A stretch of 64,000 bases of DNA, taken from positions 248,001 to 312,000 of the forward strand of contig JAAOMT010000597.1 of assembly GCA_016748015.1 (NCBI GenBank). The letters run 5' to 3'. The translations under genes and the position numbers were made by a program. A model generated the notes under the pieces. That model saw only the letters and a program-made list of their open reading frames with translations, was not told the origin of the DNA and searched no databases. Numbering within the stretch: the first letter of the stretch is position 1; each line of letters begins with the position of its first letter. The stretch is from Geosiphon pyriformis uo1. Lineage: Eukaryota; Fungi; Glomeromycota. Positions 36,766 through 51,100 of the stretch are shown in pieces.

Positions 36766-36828
36766 TTTTTGTTATATTTTTTGTTAGTATTGTTCTGGTT
36801 TTGTTATATTTTTGGGTTTAAAATGTTC

Positions 36829-39800
36829 TTAGATTTGTCTTATTTGCGACAAACCATCAACATTTCTGTTGTCTTTTCTTTTCTTATAATGTATAGTATA
36901 AGTATATTATGAGAGTGCTATTTTCTATCTGGATTGGTGACCGTCTCCAAATTCTTGCTTCTGAAGTGATGTTAATCCTTTGTGATCTGTATACACATCA
37001 AACTTCTGGCTCAAATATTTGCTCCATTTTATGACTGCTCAGTAGATTGCCAAGTGTTCCAGTTCTGGTGTTCCATAGTTCTTTTCGGCTGGAATTAACT
37101 CTTGGCTTGTATAAGTTACTGAATGTTCTTTTCCATCTAGTCTTTTCTGTGATAGTACTGCTCCCAATGCTTGGTTTGATGTATTAGTGATAATGATAAA
37201 TGGTTTGTTGTGATCTGGGTAGATCAGTACTGGAGCTTGAATGAGCTTTCTTTTCAGAATATCAAAAGCTTCTTGTTGACTTTCTGTTCATTCATATTTT
37301 GTATTTTTGGTTTGCAGATTATTAAGCGGTTGAGCTATTTTTAAAAAGTTTATTATAAAACATTGATAATAGCTTGCGAATCCCAAGAATGATTTCAATT
37401 CAGTCATATTGGTTGGTACTGGAAAGTTTTTTACTATCTCTATTTTCTCTGAATCTGTTTTGATGCCATCTTTGCTAACTATGTGTCCTAAGAATTTTAG
37501 TTCTGTCTTGCCGAAGAAGCACTTTGTTGCATTTAACTTTAGTCCTGCTCTTCTTAGCCTTTCAAACACTTATTGAAGATGATGAAGATGATCATCAAAT
37601 GTTTTTAAGAATACATTGGTGTTGTCTAAGTATACAACTACTGATTTCCACAATAAGCCAGTATAAACAATTTCCATTAGCCATTGAAAAGTGGCTGGGG
37701 CGTTGATTAAGCCAAAGAGCATCACTTCAAATTCGAAATTCCCTTCTCTAGTGGTGAATGCTGTCTTCTCTTTGTTGGCTGAATTCATAGCTACTTGCCA
37801 GTAACTATTGTTCAAGTCTAATATTGAGAACCATTTGTTTCTGCCGAAAACATCAAATAATTCTTGTATTCTTGGGGTTGGATAGTTGTCTCCACAAGTT
37901 ACACTATTGAGTTTCTTGTAGTCCACACAAAATCGGATTTTTTCATTCTTCTTCTAGATAAGTACCACTGGTAATGACTATGGGTTCATTGATGATTGAA
38001 TTAGCCTATTGTTAAGCATTTGGTTTATCTCTTGACAAATGATCTCATGGCTAGCTGGTGGTACTCTGTATGCTTTTTGTTTAATTGGCATTGCATCTTC
38101 AGTCTTGATCTGATGCTGGATGATATCAGTTTGGCCAAACTTGTTTTTGCTAGCAAAGATGTCATTGAAATTGTTAAGCAACATTTTAAGCTGTATATGT
38201 TGGAGTGGATCTAAGTTTTCCATGTTTATTTGTTCTAATTGCTCTGATTGAAGCAAATAACATTTGCTTCATTCATATATTGTTTGTAATGTAATATTGA
38301 CATATCCACAAAGCTGTGGAAAGTCCGGAATAGTGCTTGGTGGTTGATCCTCTATTTTAGTGCTTAAGTATCCAATAGTGGTTCCGGCTGGTATTACTAT
38401 GACATTTCCTGTGTTATTGTAGATGAGAATTTTGATGTGGCTGTAATCTTTGGCTGGTATATGGAGGTTGATGAGTCCAATCTCTCCTGATTCACAGAAG
38501 GTTGTTTCTGTTTCAAAATTTGATTCTGTTCTTTTACTTCTTGCTTTATCCCTATTATGTACTGGCCATATGGTGGAATGGAAATTGCTTGATTCGTTGA
38601 GATAATTTCTCCTTGGTCAACAATTTCTTTTTCTGTCATATTGACTGGTACATCTATTCTACCTGTTGATCCAAATCTCTGTATTCCTCTTGCTGTTATC
38701 CCTAATTCCTCCCTATTTCCCACTAATACTAACTAAGTTATTTTCACCAGAGGCAGGAATATTGCCTGTGCTATCTTTTTATTTGGCTTTATGATATAAG
38801 CTTTTTCAGAGTCATTTTATAGCATAGCAATGAAATTTTCCTACATATCCTGTATCAATTATTCTTCCTCTTATATTAATCCCTCTTTTCACTAAACTAC
38901 TCCTAGATGCTAGTTGAACCATTGTTGTTGCTGGAATTTCCAGTACTACTTTCAGATCTATGCAGGTGTGCGAATGTGGTTCCAATTTTATAACACCTTT
39001 TCCAGAATATCTCAGATCAAATCCAGCATCAGTATTGTGCACACGTTTTGGCATGATACTTTTATTATTGTCACTATACTATTTTAACTCCTGTTTTTTG
39101 GAGAGGTCTGGCAGTGCAATGTATTGTTCATATTTTGGGTCGGAGTTTGAATCTGAGTTGGAATTGTTGTCGTTGTTATTGCCAATTTGAACGGAACTGG
39201 AACTGGTGTTTTTGTTGTCATTGTTGTCGGAGTTTGAATCAGGATCGAACGGTGATTTTGATTCTGATGTGCAGCTGCTGATTGGTTCTTCTTCTTTTGG
39301 GATCATGTAGATCATGTAGATTGGTAGATTGTAAATGAGGTCACACTTATTACAATATTGAAAGTCACATGAGATTAAACAGTGGTTACATAATTGAGTG
39401 TTTAGCTGTGCTAACCACTCTTTCTGTTCCTCTCTGGTCAGTGCTAAATTTTAATAATGTTCGTGGAAGTCTTCTGAGTTGGTCTCAATGTCAAAGAAAG
39501 TGTCTGGGTTTGGAACTAGGATAATGTTGACTGGTTCTGGAGGATTGTTTTTGATTTCCAAGATTTCACTGGATGTGGCATCTTCTACTTTGTTGTTCAC
39601 CATCCGCCAGATCTCGTTTTTATCATGTAAGTATCCATCCAGGCAAGAGATTGCTCAGTGCCAAGCAGCAGTTATTGGCGTGCCACAACTTATTCAGTCA
39701 CTAATAAGGATTGTGTACTGGCACGAAGTGTCACATGTTCCTCCTTAACCAAGAATGTTGTTCCACATTCCTTCATTGAGCAACTGTTTGCTGCAAGCAA

Positions 39801-42800
39801 GACATAGTTTGTTGTTCCATTTGCCTTGTCTTTTTGGGTAGCCATACCGTTTGCAGTGGCAAGGTTTACAATAATAGTGGGTTCACATCCAGTAATTTTT
39901 GTTTGGCACAACCCAAGCTTCCATGGAAGAAAGTTTCTTTTCACAATCTTTGCATTTGAGCAGTATGTGTGGTGGTTGTGGCAATGGCTCATGGACAGAG
40001 TACAAACTTGTCCAGCCATCGGTTGCTTGAGGTGTGTTGGTGGTTTGTTCAAGTAACTTGTCTTCCTCTTTTCCTTTCCCTTTTTCTTTCCAGCTGGTTG
40101 TCAGTGTGAATTTGCTTTCATTATCTTTGTTCCAAGCATCAATAGTGGTTTTTCAAGTATGTTCTTTTTTTTGCTTTCCTTTTCTATGGTTGTCTTTGTT
40201 TTAGGCAAGTATGAGCAGCAGTTCATTGTGGTCGACGTTGGTCCACGAAACCTAATATGCTTTCCATATTGGTTTCTTTGCTTCCTCCTCAAATTCAATC
40301 AGTGGCTGCGAGTTGGTTGGTTTAAAGTGGCCACATACTGCTGGTGCCCGAGTATGTTAACTGTTTTGGCTCAGTTGGAGCTTTTGCATTGTTCAATCAT
40401 GTATGGCGTTTGTTTTGGATAGCCAATTATTTCTAACAAGAGCTTGGTATTAAGTGGCTTCTATCACAAGGACTTTAATGGATATTGTAATGTCAATTTT
40501 GCCTATTGGAGTTTTGGTTGCTCTATCAGCTGTAATGATCTTTGCACTGACAGCTCAGTCAACTCAGTGACCTAATTGATCCATGAGTTGCTTTGTTATG
40601 ATGCTATCAGCTGATCCACTATCTAAAATTAGTTTGATGGCGTGGCCATCAATTTTGGCATCTGTATACATGGTAGTGATTGGCTTCTCTTCAAGAGCTG
40701 CTCTACTGAACATTGGGATTTTGATTGTTTCTTTCAAGTCAAAAGAAAAAATGGCTGCGAGTGATTTGTCATTGGTAACAGTTGCTAGTGGAATGTTGTT
40801 GGTAAGTGCTTGTTGTTGGTTGGATCCTGAATTGTTGGTGGTAACATCTTCTGGGATAACCAAGAGACTTAAATAGTTCTGGGAATTCGGGTTTTGGGTG
40901 ACACCAGTACCCGAATTCCAAGAACGTAATCCTGATGGTGCGTGAAAAGAACTGGAAATTGGTTGGTGGACAACCATCACCGATCTCCAGTTTTGTTGTG
41001 TCATTCTCAGTCTTTGGGTTCCATGTTGAGTTAAGTTTTGGGATGGTGTTTGAATGGTTTGAGGTTGATAAATTACTTGTGACTGCAGTTGATATATTAT
41101 GGATGGCTGTGGTTGATATATTGCTGATGGCTGTGGTTGATAAACTGGGGTCTGATATACTGGTGCTTGATAAATTGGCTGCTGCGTCATTGGCAGGTAA
41201 GTGTTTTGGTATTGATTTTGATTTTGATATTGATTCTGGGTTTGGAATTGGGGATTGGGGTTTTGATGTTAATTTTCCAATCATTGGTTATAAGCATTAC
41301 AGTTGGCTCTTATGTGACTTTGTTTACCACAGTTGTGGCAGACATGTATTTCCTGCTGCCACAGTTGATTAATTGACAATGATGGACATGCTTGATTTTA
41401 AAAATGATTGGTGTTTCCCTGATTACTGTGTTTTTGGGGAGGTTGATAAATAGACTAATGGTTGTTAGCTAAGTATCCCTCGATTTTCTGATTGATGGTA
41501 TCACTGATTTGCTTCAATTTGGAATCCATTCATTACTATATTTACAGCTTAAGCGTGGTTGGCTTTTAGCTCAGCCGATTCAAAATCTCTGGCATGTGTG
41601 ACTGTAGCTTGAAGGTTGGCTGGGTGTAATAGGCATACATGTTGCAAAATGCTACTGCGCAGGCCACAAATAAACTGGTTGAGGATCTGGGGTTCTGTAA
41701 AATACACGGTATCGATGGCTTGAATTTGGCGTAGGACTCTATGAAAGCATCCTAGATATGTTGTGACTGCTTCAGTATTATTCTGTTTAATGGTGGTGAA
41801 AGTATTGGCTAGACAATTAATACTGTTATTGTTGCTAAAATATTCCAGAAAGGCAGTTTTGAATTGTTGGAATGTTTGTGGTCTGGCAGCTAAACTCTGG
41901 TACCAAGAATCGGCGGTTTCTTTGAAAAAGTATGGTATCACCTGTAGGGCTTTGGCATCATCCCAATTGTTTGTTATAATGGCCTTGGAGACATCATTGA
42001 TTCATGCTTAAGCATCATTTTCTTCACCAGTAAAGTTTTCTAACATTGTGATGGGTGTATAGGCCATTTGGTTTACGTTTAGTTGTTGTGGTAGCTGTTG
42101 TAGTGGTTGTTGTTGCAGTGGTGGTGGTTGTTGAGGTGGTTCTTGTGGCTGATGGATTTGTGGATTCAGTTGTTGAGGTGGCTGCTGAATGGGTTTGACT
42201 ATCAGATCAATTGGTGGGTGATCAATGACAATATTTAGAGGTACGTTTGGCTGATTAATTAAATCGGGAGTCTAATTGTTTTGATTTTGCTGAGTTCTAA
42301 TATTTAGAGTTTCAATTTCCGGATTGGATTTTGCGGAGTTTGAACGTTCGGGGTTCCGAATTTCGAGTTTTCTGAGATTGGGTTTTGGTAAGTGAATCTT
42401 TGATCTTCACTTTCTTTCTCTTCTTCCTCTGATAATTCCCACAGGGTAGTGGCTCCGAAATCTGGTTGGGGTAGCAATAATTGAATTCCTGATGGTGTTG
42501 GGGATTATGATTTAAATTCTTTAAAATATGTGCCGTATGGTCCTAATAAGTCTTCTTTCTGTTGTTTGCTTTGGAACTGAAATCTTCCAAATGTTGATGT
42601 TGCATTTAATGTGGACATGTCTGCTGATGAAATGTTGATGGCGCTTTCAGGTGTGTAGTGATATGATAGAGTAATTGGTAATTCTACTCTGTGTTTCTTC
42701 CAACTAGGTAACTGTATTTCTTTTGTTGTTGCTGCTGGTATTTGTATTCTTCCTTTACCTTTGTCTGCATAGGTAATGGGAAATTGTTGTTGCATGTATC

Positions 42801-43077
42801 TTTCAATGGTTTGATTGATTTTCCTGATGATTGGGGCAAAACTGTGATTTCTTGGTAAGCTGGTATGTTGAAATAATTTTGTATAGAAATTTTTTTTTGC
42901 TGACTCAATATTAATGGTTCCTCTTAAACAGTCTGTGATTTTATCATTGACGTAATAGTTAAAGACTAATTCAGCTGAGTAGTAATTACTGCTTAATTCT
43001 AATTGTTGGCTGTATTGTTAAAACAAGGATTTTGTGAATCCTAAGTGGTTGGCTCCTATAATTTCTGATTCTGCCAT
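36829..43077 (-). pseudogene. gag-pol: A4 ORF1 Gag-PR-Cys-rich domain-dUTPase-RT-RH
   Basis: ORF-track fragments with LILDSGSA, AGFDL/RSSL, YLDN and RNase H motifs. Ends at TAA after RNase H. Confidence 0.9.
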
Positions 43078-43119
43078 GTTTGGATGGTGTTGTTGGCACT
43101 GGTTTTTTGTAGGATTATA

Positions 43120-43136
43120 CTTCACAGAGAACACCA
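43120..43136 (-). other. Primer-binding site of A4
   Basis: TGGTGTTCTCTGTGAAG, 2 nt after the LTR end; a decayed TGGTGCTCTCTGTGAG. Confidence 0.78.
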
Positions 43137-43138
43137 AA

Positions 43139-44105
43139 TGTTACAGGTAATGTCTTTGGAGTTCTGAGTAAATAATAAATCTGTAACTTGGTGCTCAAAG
43201 CAATTAGTGCAGATGATAATCTAAAGGTATTTTATCTGAAGGTTTTCCAATCAAGTTCTTTGTATAATGAACAGAGATTCAATGGTAATGGTTTATTAGT
43301 AGTTTTCTGAAACCATAGTTTTGTCGATTGCTTATTCAGCTTGATGGTTGATAATTCTTCTGGTACGATATCCTCCATAAGTGTATACTAGTGCTGTTTC
43401 CTAACGTTAGTTCCTCTGTAAGTCCTTCAAGAGTAAATATTATTTAAGCAAGTTTATTCCTCCATAAGTCCTCCAAGAGTAAGTATTGTTTAAGTAAGTT
43501 TTATTTCTCCATAAGTCCTCTAAGAGTAAGTATTGTTTAAGTAAGTTTTATTCCTCCATAAGTCCTCTAAAAGTAAGTATTGTTTAAGTAAGTCTTATTT
43601 CTCCATAAGTCCTCCAAAAGTAAATCTTTTAATCAAGTTAGTAGACAACACCAAAAATAAAATAAAAATAAAAATAAAAAATAAGAAATAAGCCAAGACA
43701 ATTTGCAAGTTAGTATCCTGTCAATAGCCATAATCAAGAGCTATTGTTCCAATATGGTTAAGTATTAGTTACTATCAACACTTCATGTTGATAGTAAAAA
43801 ATGAATTTAATATAGTGAATAATTATTTATTTGAAGATTGTGGTAACTAAGCTAAAGATTCTTGGTGTCAATTCTGTCTTTTCTGCTTCTAATGCTACTG
43901 CTATATATACATATTTGAGATTCCTCAATTTTTCAATTCTTTGTGACAGGAATCCTGCAATTTCTCGCCAAAAAATCCTGAAACTCCTGGAATCTTGCAA
44001 TTCCTTTGAGAGGAATCCTAGAATTTTACATTTACTATGTCTATTTCTGATTGGCTAATCTCTATTTGCTAATAATAATATATTTCCTCTATTCTATAAG
44101 TAACA
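43139..44105 (-). repeat. A4 5' LTR (967 bp)
   Basis: TGTTACA...GTAACA termini; partner of 33701-34685. Confidence 0.93.
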
Positions 44106-45198
44106 CCATCTTCTGCTAGAATTATGTAGATCATACATGGTGGTAGATTGTAAATGAGGTTACACTCATTACAATATTGGAAATTACATAGTATTAAACA
44201 GTGTTAACAAAATTGAATGTTTAACTGTTTTAACTGCTGTTCTTGTTTTACTCTGATTGGTGCTAAATTTTGGTAATGCTTATAAAACTCTTCAAGACCA
44301 GCTTTAATGTCAAAGAAAACATTTGGATTAGGAATAAAAAAGATTTTGGCTGGTTTAAGTGGATTATTTTTAATTTCTAATATTTCACTAAGTAAAGCAT
44401 CTTTGACTTTGGCACTTGCTATTCTCTAGATCTTATCCTTATTGTGTGGGTAACTGTTCAAGCATAATAAATTATGATTCTACATGGCATTAAAAAACAT
44501 TTCTCTACTGATCCAATTACTTATGAGAATTGTGTATTGGCATAAGGCATTGCACATTCCTTTTTGACCAAAAATGTTGTTCTATATTCCTTCATTAAAT
44601 AAGATTTCTTTATAAGCAAGACATGATTTGTTGTCCCACTTTTCTTGTCTTTTTGGATAATAATAGTGTTTATAGTAATACAGCTTGTAGTAATAGTGCA
44701 TGCATATCCAGTAATCTTTGTTAGGCACAATCCAGACTTTCATAGATGACAGTTTTTTCTTGTAGTCTTTGCACTTAAGTGAAATCTATGGTGGCTCTGA
44801 TCTGATGTCAGTTAAATAAGATCTTTTCCAGTTACTAGTAGTTTTGCTGGTGGTGTTATTTTTTTGTGACTTATCTTCTGCTTTTTTTTTTCTCTTGTCA
44901 TTCCAAGAGAGAATTAGTGGCAATTTATTGTGGTTATTGTTAGCCCACAAGACTTAGTAGGCTTTCCAGATAAGTTTTTTTTCTTCTTTCTTGAACTCAA
45001 TTAGTGGTACTGGCATTATGATGATCTTGAAGTGACTACATGTTGCTGGTATTCTAGTGTGTTGGCTGTTTTGACTAAGTTGTAGCTTCTGGGTATTCCA
45101 GTCAAACATGATATTGGTTTTGGATAGCCAGTTATTATCAACAAGAATTTGATACTACATGGCTTCCATAACAAAAACTTTGATGGGTATAATAATAC

Positions 45199-48100
45199 TG
45201 TTACAGGTTGGAGTAACAAGCTAATGGATAGCAAGAGAGAACAGGATTGTAGGATGATAGAAATAATCAAAAGGAATTCAACTTTAAGGAGTGAATTAAA
45301 TAAGTATGGATTCAATATGTGAGATCAGTCTCATAAAATATCTTAATTGCTATACTTTTCAAAAGATAACCAGAAATCTGAAGGTAGAGGGATAGTCTAT
45401 ACTGTCAACAAATGATCACACACTAGTATAATTTTATGCCTCATGTTAGCACTCTTAGAATTCAATATTAGGTATTAAATGTACTTTTCAGTCACGTTTT
45501 ATTCAATAATCTTCAAATGCTGTAATTACACATTTCAGAAAAAGAGTAAAGAATAATCAACAAGTAATCCTTTATTCCAAGATGTTCAGATACTTGAAGA
45601 TAGAGATAAAAGTTGTTATTTTATTTATTTGATTTTCTTGATTTCTATATACTTTTCTACAGCTAAGAGATTCATTACTTATATAGCTATCAAAAGTGGT
45701 CAATAATCAGATCAACAGTCAGGTTATTGATCAGGTCAATGATCACTTTCTAAAAATAAAATGGCTAATTTATATGACATCAGTGGCTAATACATATAAT
45801 AATTAATAAGAAGTATAAGTTTCAACTGTAATATCATCCTTTCCAAAGAAATTGAGCTCCAGTGAAATCAAGTTATTCATAGTGTAATCTATTTGAAGAG
45901 TTTTATCTAACTCAAAGCTAACTAGTTTGTTGAAGTCTTTTGTGGATAGGATATATAACATTTGAAGCGAAATGAGTTTTGTATTTAAGAGACCAAATCT
46001 TTGTATTAGAGTTTTGGCTTTTTTAGCAATAGTTAAAACTCTTGGAACATCTAACTATATAATGCCCAAAATTTCTGCTTATATCTCTGAAGTTGTTTTC
46101 TTTATGAGTTTCATATTCTCTATGATTTCACTAAAGCAACTATAGAGTTCTAATTGTCTTCCATATGACAAGTTTTTGTCTATGGGTAAGATTTCTTGGA
46201 GTGTTTTTCTAATTGTGCTGGAAGGTAAGAGTATAGCTGCTGTTATACTTTCCAATAGATATTTATCTATTTTGCTACCAATTTTTTCTCTTCTGGTAGT
46301 AGTTTTTTTTGGTCTGATAACAGTATGTGTTCTATTGTTATCAGTTATAGTGGTCTGTTTTCCAATAGTCAGAGTAGCATTTGGATAGTTTTTGATCCAA
46401 TCCTCATGGAGAGTATAGAAGGCATTTTGAATGTTTTGATCCAGAAAATAATTATTCATGTCAATTGAAGATACCTCTGTTTTGGAAATAATGTAATTAT
46501 TTATACTTGATTTTTGTTAATCATTTGGGTCGGTATTACCACAACAGGCAACCAATCAGGTCGTTTATAATATTTCTTGAGTCATGTACCATAAACAGGA
46601 TAATCATTGAAGATTGTTCTGGATTGATCTTGAAGAATATAAAAACCATTGTTCAAAACTTTGTTGATTATAAAGGGTCTTTTCTACTGGCTAGAAAATT
46701 TATTACCATAAACATTGTCTCTGTCTAAATGATATTCCAATACTAAGTTACCAACACTTAAAGAAAGTGTTTTATATGTTTTTTTTCTTTTAAGCTTTTC
46801 TTGGAACTGTTTTATTTTTTCAAAAACAATTATTCGTGCTTCTATTAAAGAGTCAAGAATAGTACCAAGTTTTCTTTGCAAAATGTCTTTATAATTTTCT
46901 ATTGTGATTTCTTCAAAGGGTATTGTCTCAATGTTAGTTTCTATTGGTAGTGTTGCTATGCATCCATAGAGCAAATAAAAAAGTTCATAACTTGTTATGT
47001 CATGATTTACAGTTCTATAAGCAAACAAAACTGAAGACAGTACTTTGTTCCATAAGTTTGTTTCTTCACTGGTTTTGGCTAGAATTTCACATAGTATTCT
47101 ATTAAAATGTTTCACTAAGCCATTGGTTTGGAGTAATAAGAAGAGAAAAATTTATAATGTATTCCCATTTTTCTACAAAGTTCTTCAACCAGTGTACTGA
47201 GAAAAGCTTTTCTTCTATTAAATAAAAGTTCTTTGGGGCAGCCATAATGGCAGATGATATCTTCATAAATGAAATTGGCTATTGAGACTGCTGTTTGATC
47301 TGGGGTGGCTCTTGCTTCTACCCACTTTGTAAGATAATCAATAGCTATAATAATACATCTGTTGCCATCAGGAGTTATTGTTAAAGGTCTAACAACATCT
47401 ATACCAATTCTGTTAAATAGTTGACCTACAGAGATTGGATGGATATCTTCTTTGTGATTGAGTTTGCCTTTTTTTTGACAGATGTCACAGGTTTTAATGT
47501 ATTTAGCAATGTTTTTTTCCAAGATAGGTCAATAATAGCAAGCTAAAGTTTTCTGAATTGTTTTTGTTTTTCCAAAGTGTCTAGCTAATGGGTCAGTATG
47601 TATGTTGTATATTACAATTTCTCTTTCTTTAAATTTGATAACTCTCTGAAAGCAGTCAAAATCTTTTCTGTTTCTTTTATATAATTGGTTCTGGCAGATT
47701 AAATAGAAATTTAATTGTTTGTGCAAATGTTTTCTTTACTGTCAAGTATATTCTGGTGGATATTGTTCTTTACCCAAAAATTCTATTAAGGCAGAGTAGT
47801 TGTCCAAGTCCATTATTGTGTTTGTTTGTAAAGGAGTTACTAATAATTAAGTTGGTTTGGTTTGAGAAGTTGTATTGTCACTGGATGGTAAGTCTAAAGA
47901 GAGTGTTGGCATTTTGATGATTTGCTCTTTTGTGGTGTTGAATATCATAGTTGAATTCATCCAAGTGAAGTATCTAGCAAGTTATTCATTTGTGTTTCAG
48001 CTTCTTTTTATTGTGCAGCCAAACCAAGACTTGATGATCTGTTACCACTAAGAATTTTGCACCAAAAAAATATTGATCCCAGTAACTAATAGCCTAAACT

Positions 48101-51100
48101 ACTGCTAAGCATTTCTGTTCAGTAACTGAATAGTTTTTTTCTGCTGGTATAAGGAATCTACTGGCATATGCTATAGCATGTTCTCTGCCATTTTCATTTT
48201 TCTGTAAAAAGACAGCACCAAGTCTATAGCCAGATGTATCAGTATGGAGGATAAAAGGTTGGTCCAGATCAGATTACTTGAGAATTGGTTCAATAACAAG
48301 TTTTTCCTTTAGAATTTCAAAAGCTTTTTGTTGATGAGTGCTCCAGTAATAATTGACATTTTTTCTTAGTAGCTAATTGAGAGGAAAAGCGATTTTGGAG
48401 AAATCCTTGATAAATTTACAATAGTAAAAGACCAAACCAAAAAAAGAGCATAGTTCAGGAACATTCATTGGCTGTCTAATGTTTTGAACTTTTTCAACTT
48501 TAGCTGGATTAGGGAAGATTCCATCTTTTGTAATAAGATGACCAAGAAACTGGGTGGATTGGCATTCAAAAAAAGATTTAATTGGGTTGATCTTAAGACC
48601 AGCATTTTTGAGCAGGTCAAAAACCTTCTGCAAATGTTCAAGGTATTTATTCCAGGTTTTTGAGTAGACTATTATGTCATCTAAGTAAACTAAAACAAAG
48701 TTTTTTTTTACTGATTCAAATACTTTGGTGAGACCAAAAGACATAACTGTAAATTCATAGATGTCATACTTGGTAATAAAAGCAGTTTTCTTTCTGCTTT
48801 CTGGATCCATCTCTACTTGCCAAAATTCAGCAGTTAAATTAATGATTAAGAAGAAAGCAGCACTATTGAATTTATCTAATATTGCATCAATTTTGGGAAG
48901 TGGGTACATGTCTCTTATAGTAATGGCATTTAGTTGGCAATAGTTAACACAGAAGCATAGAGTTCCACCTTTCTTAGATATTACTACAACTGGGAAAGCC
49001 TATTTACTCTTGGTTTCTTGTATAAATCCAAGATCTTTTATCTGGTTTATCTCTTTCTTGATAAACTCATTATTTTGTCAATTGGATTAATAAGGCTTCA
49101 AATAAATGAGATAAGTTTCTTTGATAGTGATGGTGTGTTGTATTATATGGATTTGTCTAGAGATGTTATCTTCTTTTGAAATAACTGGGCTATTTCTAGC
49201 CAACAGATTTTCAATGTCTATTTTTCTTTCTTTAAGAAAAGATTTTCTTTGTTCTACAACTAGTGATTGGATTTCAGATGGTTTATTCTCAAAGAACTTT
49301 TATACTTCTTTAAGTTCTTCTCGAAATATCAAGCTAATTGGTTCCCAATCTTTGTAATAGATTAGGCAAGATTTGCATTTATCACTTGGTGAATACAAAG
49401 ATTTATTACACCAGCACTGTGCACAAGAACCATGTTACCAATAACTGTATTTGGCTTTCTTGCCAGGTTTCCTGTCAAAGGTTCTTCTGAGGATATCATA
49501 GTAGGACCAGCAGATCAGCTTGTCATTTACTATGATTTCTTTTTTGTCAGCTTTAATATTGTCTAGTAGCTTGTCATTGCTGATGAAAATGATATAAGTG
49601 AGTTTAGCAGTTTTTTCTGGTTTTTCTGAATCTTCATCATCACTTTTATCATTATCTGATTTATCTGATTGTTCTTTTTTTTGGTTCTGTTTGGTTGCTA
49701 AAGGAGTTGTCCAATAATGGCATTTAACCACAATAGGTTTTTCACTATATCTGATGGTTAGTTCACAAAGTTCATAGTCAAGTAGTGCTTTGGCTTTCTT
49801 AAGCCACTCATTACCAACAATAATAGTATACTTTTTTGCTTCAGATACTTTCATATCTGTTTCAATGCTAATACCATTGATGTAAACAGAAACAGCTTTG
49901 GCTATACCCAGACCTTTTTTTTTGTCACCATGTACATTAGTCATAGGCCAAATAGAAGGTTCATCAATTTTTTTTCTAATGGCTTCCAGAAAGTGTTTGG
50001 CAATTACACTAACAGATAATTCACTGTCTAAAATTAAATCAATGAAGTAGCCAGCCACTTATGCTTTACAAATCAGAAGAATGACATTGTTGTTGTTAGC
50101 AAGTCCAGCTTGACAAGAGTGCTTGTTGGTTTTTGGTGTCTTCTTCTTTGGTATTAAGAATTTGTAAAGATCTTTTCTGAACTGTGGATAGGTCATTAGT
50201 TGGTATTACAAGTGATTATTTTTGCTGTTGAATTGAATTACAACCCGTAACTTGGTGCTCAAAGCTAATTGTAGTTGATAGTAATCTGAAGGTTTTGTAT
50301 CTGAAGGTTTTGATGGATCTGAAGATTTTGGTTGAATTTTTTGTATAATAGACAGAGATTCAATAGTGTCAATAGTAAATATATTTTCCAAGAGTTTTCC
50401 CAATTTCTTTTTCAGTGTGGTGGCCGGATTTAGTCTGGCAGTCGTGCCCTTCTGGTAAATTATCTGATAATATATAAAATCCTACCCTTATTTCTGGGTC
50501 TTTTACCAGACTATCCTTGACATCAATAACTCAGCACTTAATCTTTAATCAATTAGTATACAACAACAAATCAAAATAAAATAAAGAAAAAGAAATAAAA
50601 AATAAAGAAAGAAAAAAAATAAGCCAAGATGATTTGCAGATTAGTATCCCATCAATAGCTGTGATCAAGAGCTATTATTCCAGTGTAGTTAAGTATCAAT
50701 TACTATCAACATGAAGGGTTGATAGTGGGGAGTGGATTTGAGATATGAAATAATTATTTATTTGATGATTGTGTTTTTAGGTTAAGGATTCTGTGGTATT
50801 GATTCTGTCTTTTCTGTTTCTAATTCTACTGCTATATATACATAATTGAAATTTCTCAATTTCTTGATTCTTCATGACAGGAATCCTGGAATTCCTAGAA
50901 TCCTGCAATTCCTTTGAGAGGAATCCTGGAATTCTGGAATCCTGCAATTCCTGAGAGGAATCCTGGAATTCCACATTTACTATGCTTACTTCTGATTGGC
51001 TAATAATTATGCTAATATATTTCCTATATTTCTATGAGTAACATTGGCTAAATGTAATGTGTGCTGGGGTTTCCATGAGATTTTTAACAACAGAATAAGA

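Larger units (their letters stand above)
33701..44105 (-). mobile_element. Family A copy A4, structurally complete (10405 bp), TSD CCGT/CCAT
   Basis: LTRs 33701-34685 and 43139-44105, PBS 43120-43136, PPT 34686-34700. Confidence 0.96.

Noticed and set aside
40769-41372. Long alternative-frame ORFs (171 aa and 145 aa) over the YQP region
   Set aside because: Off-frame or antisense readings of a repetitive coding tract, with no independent motif.
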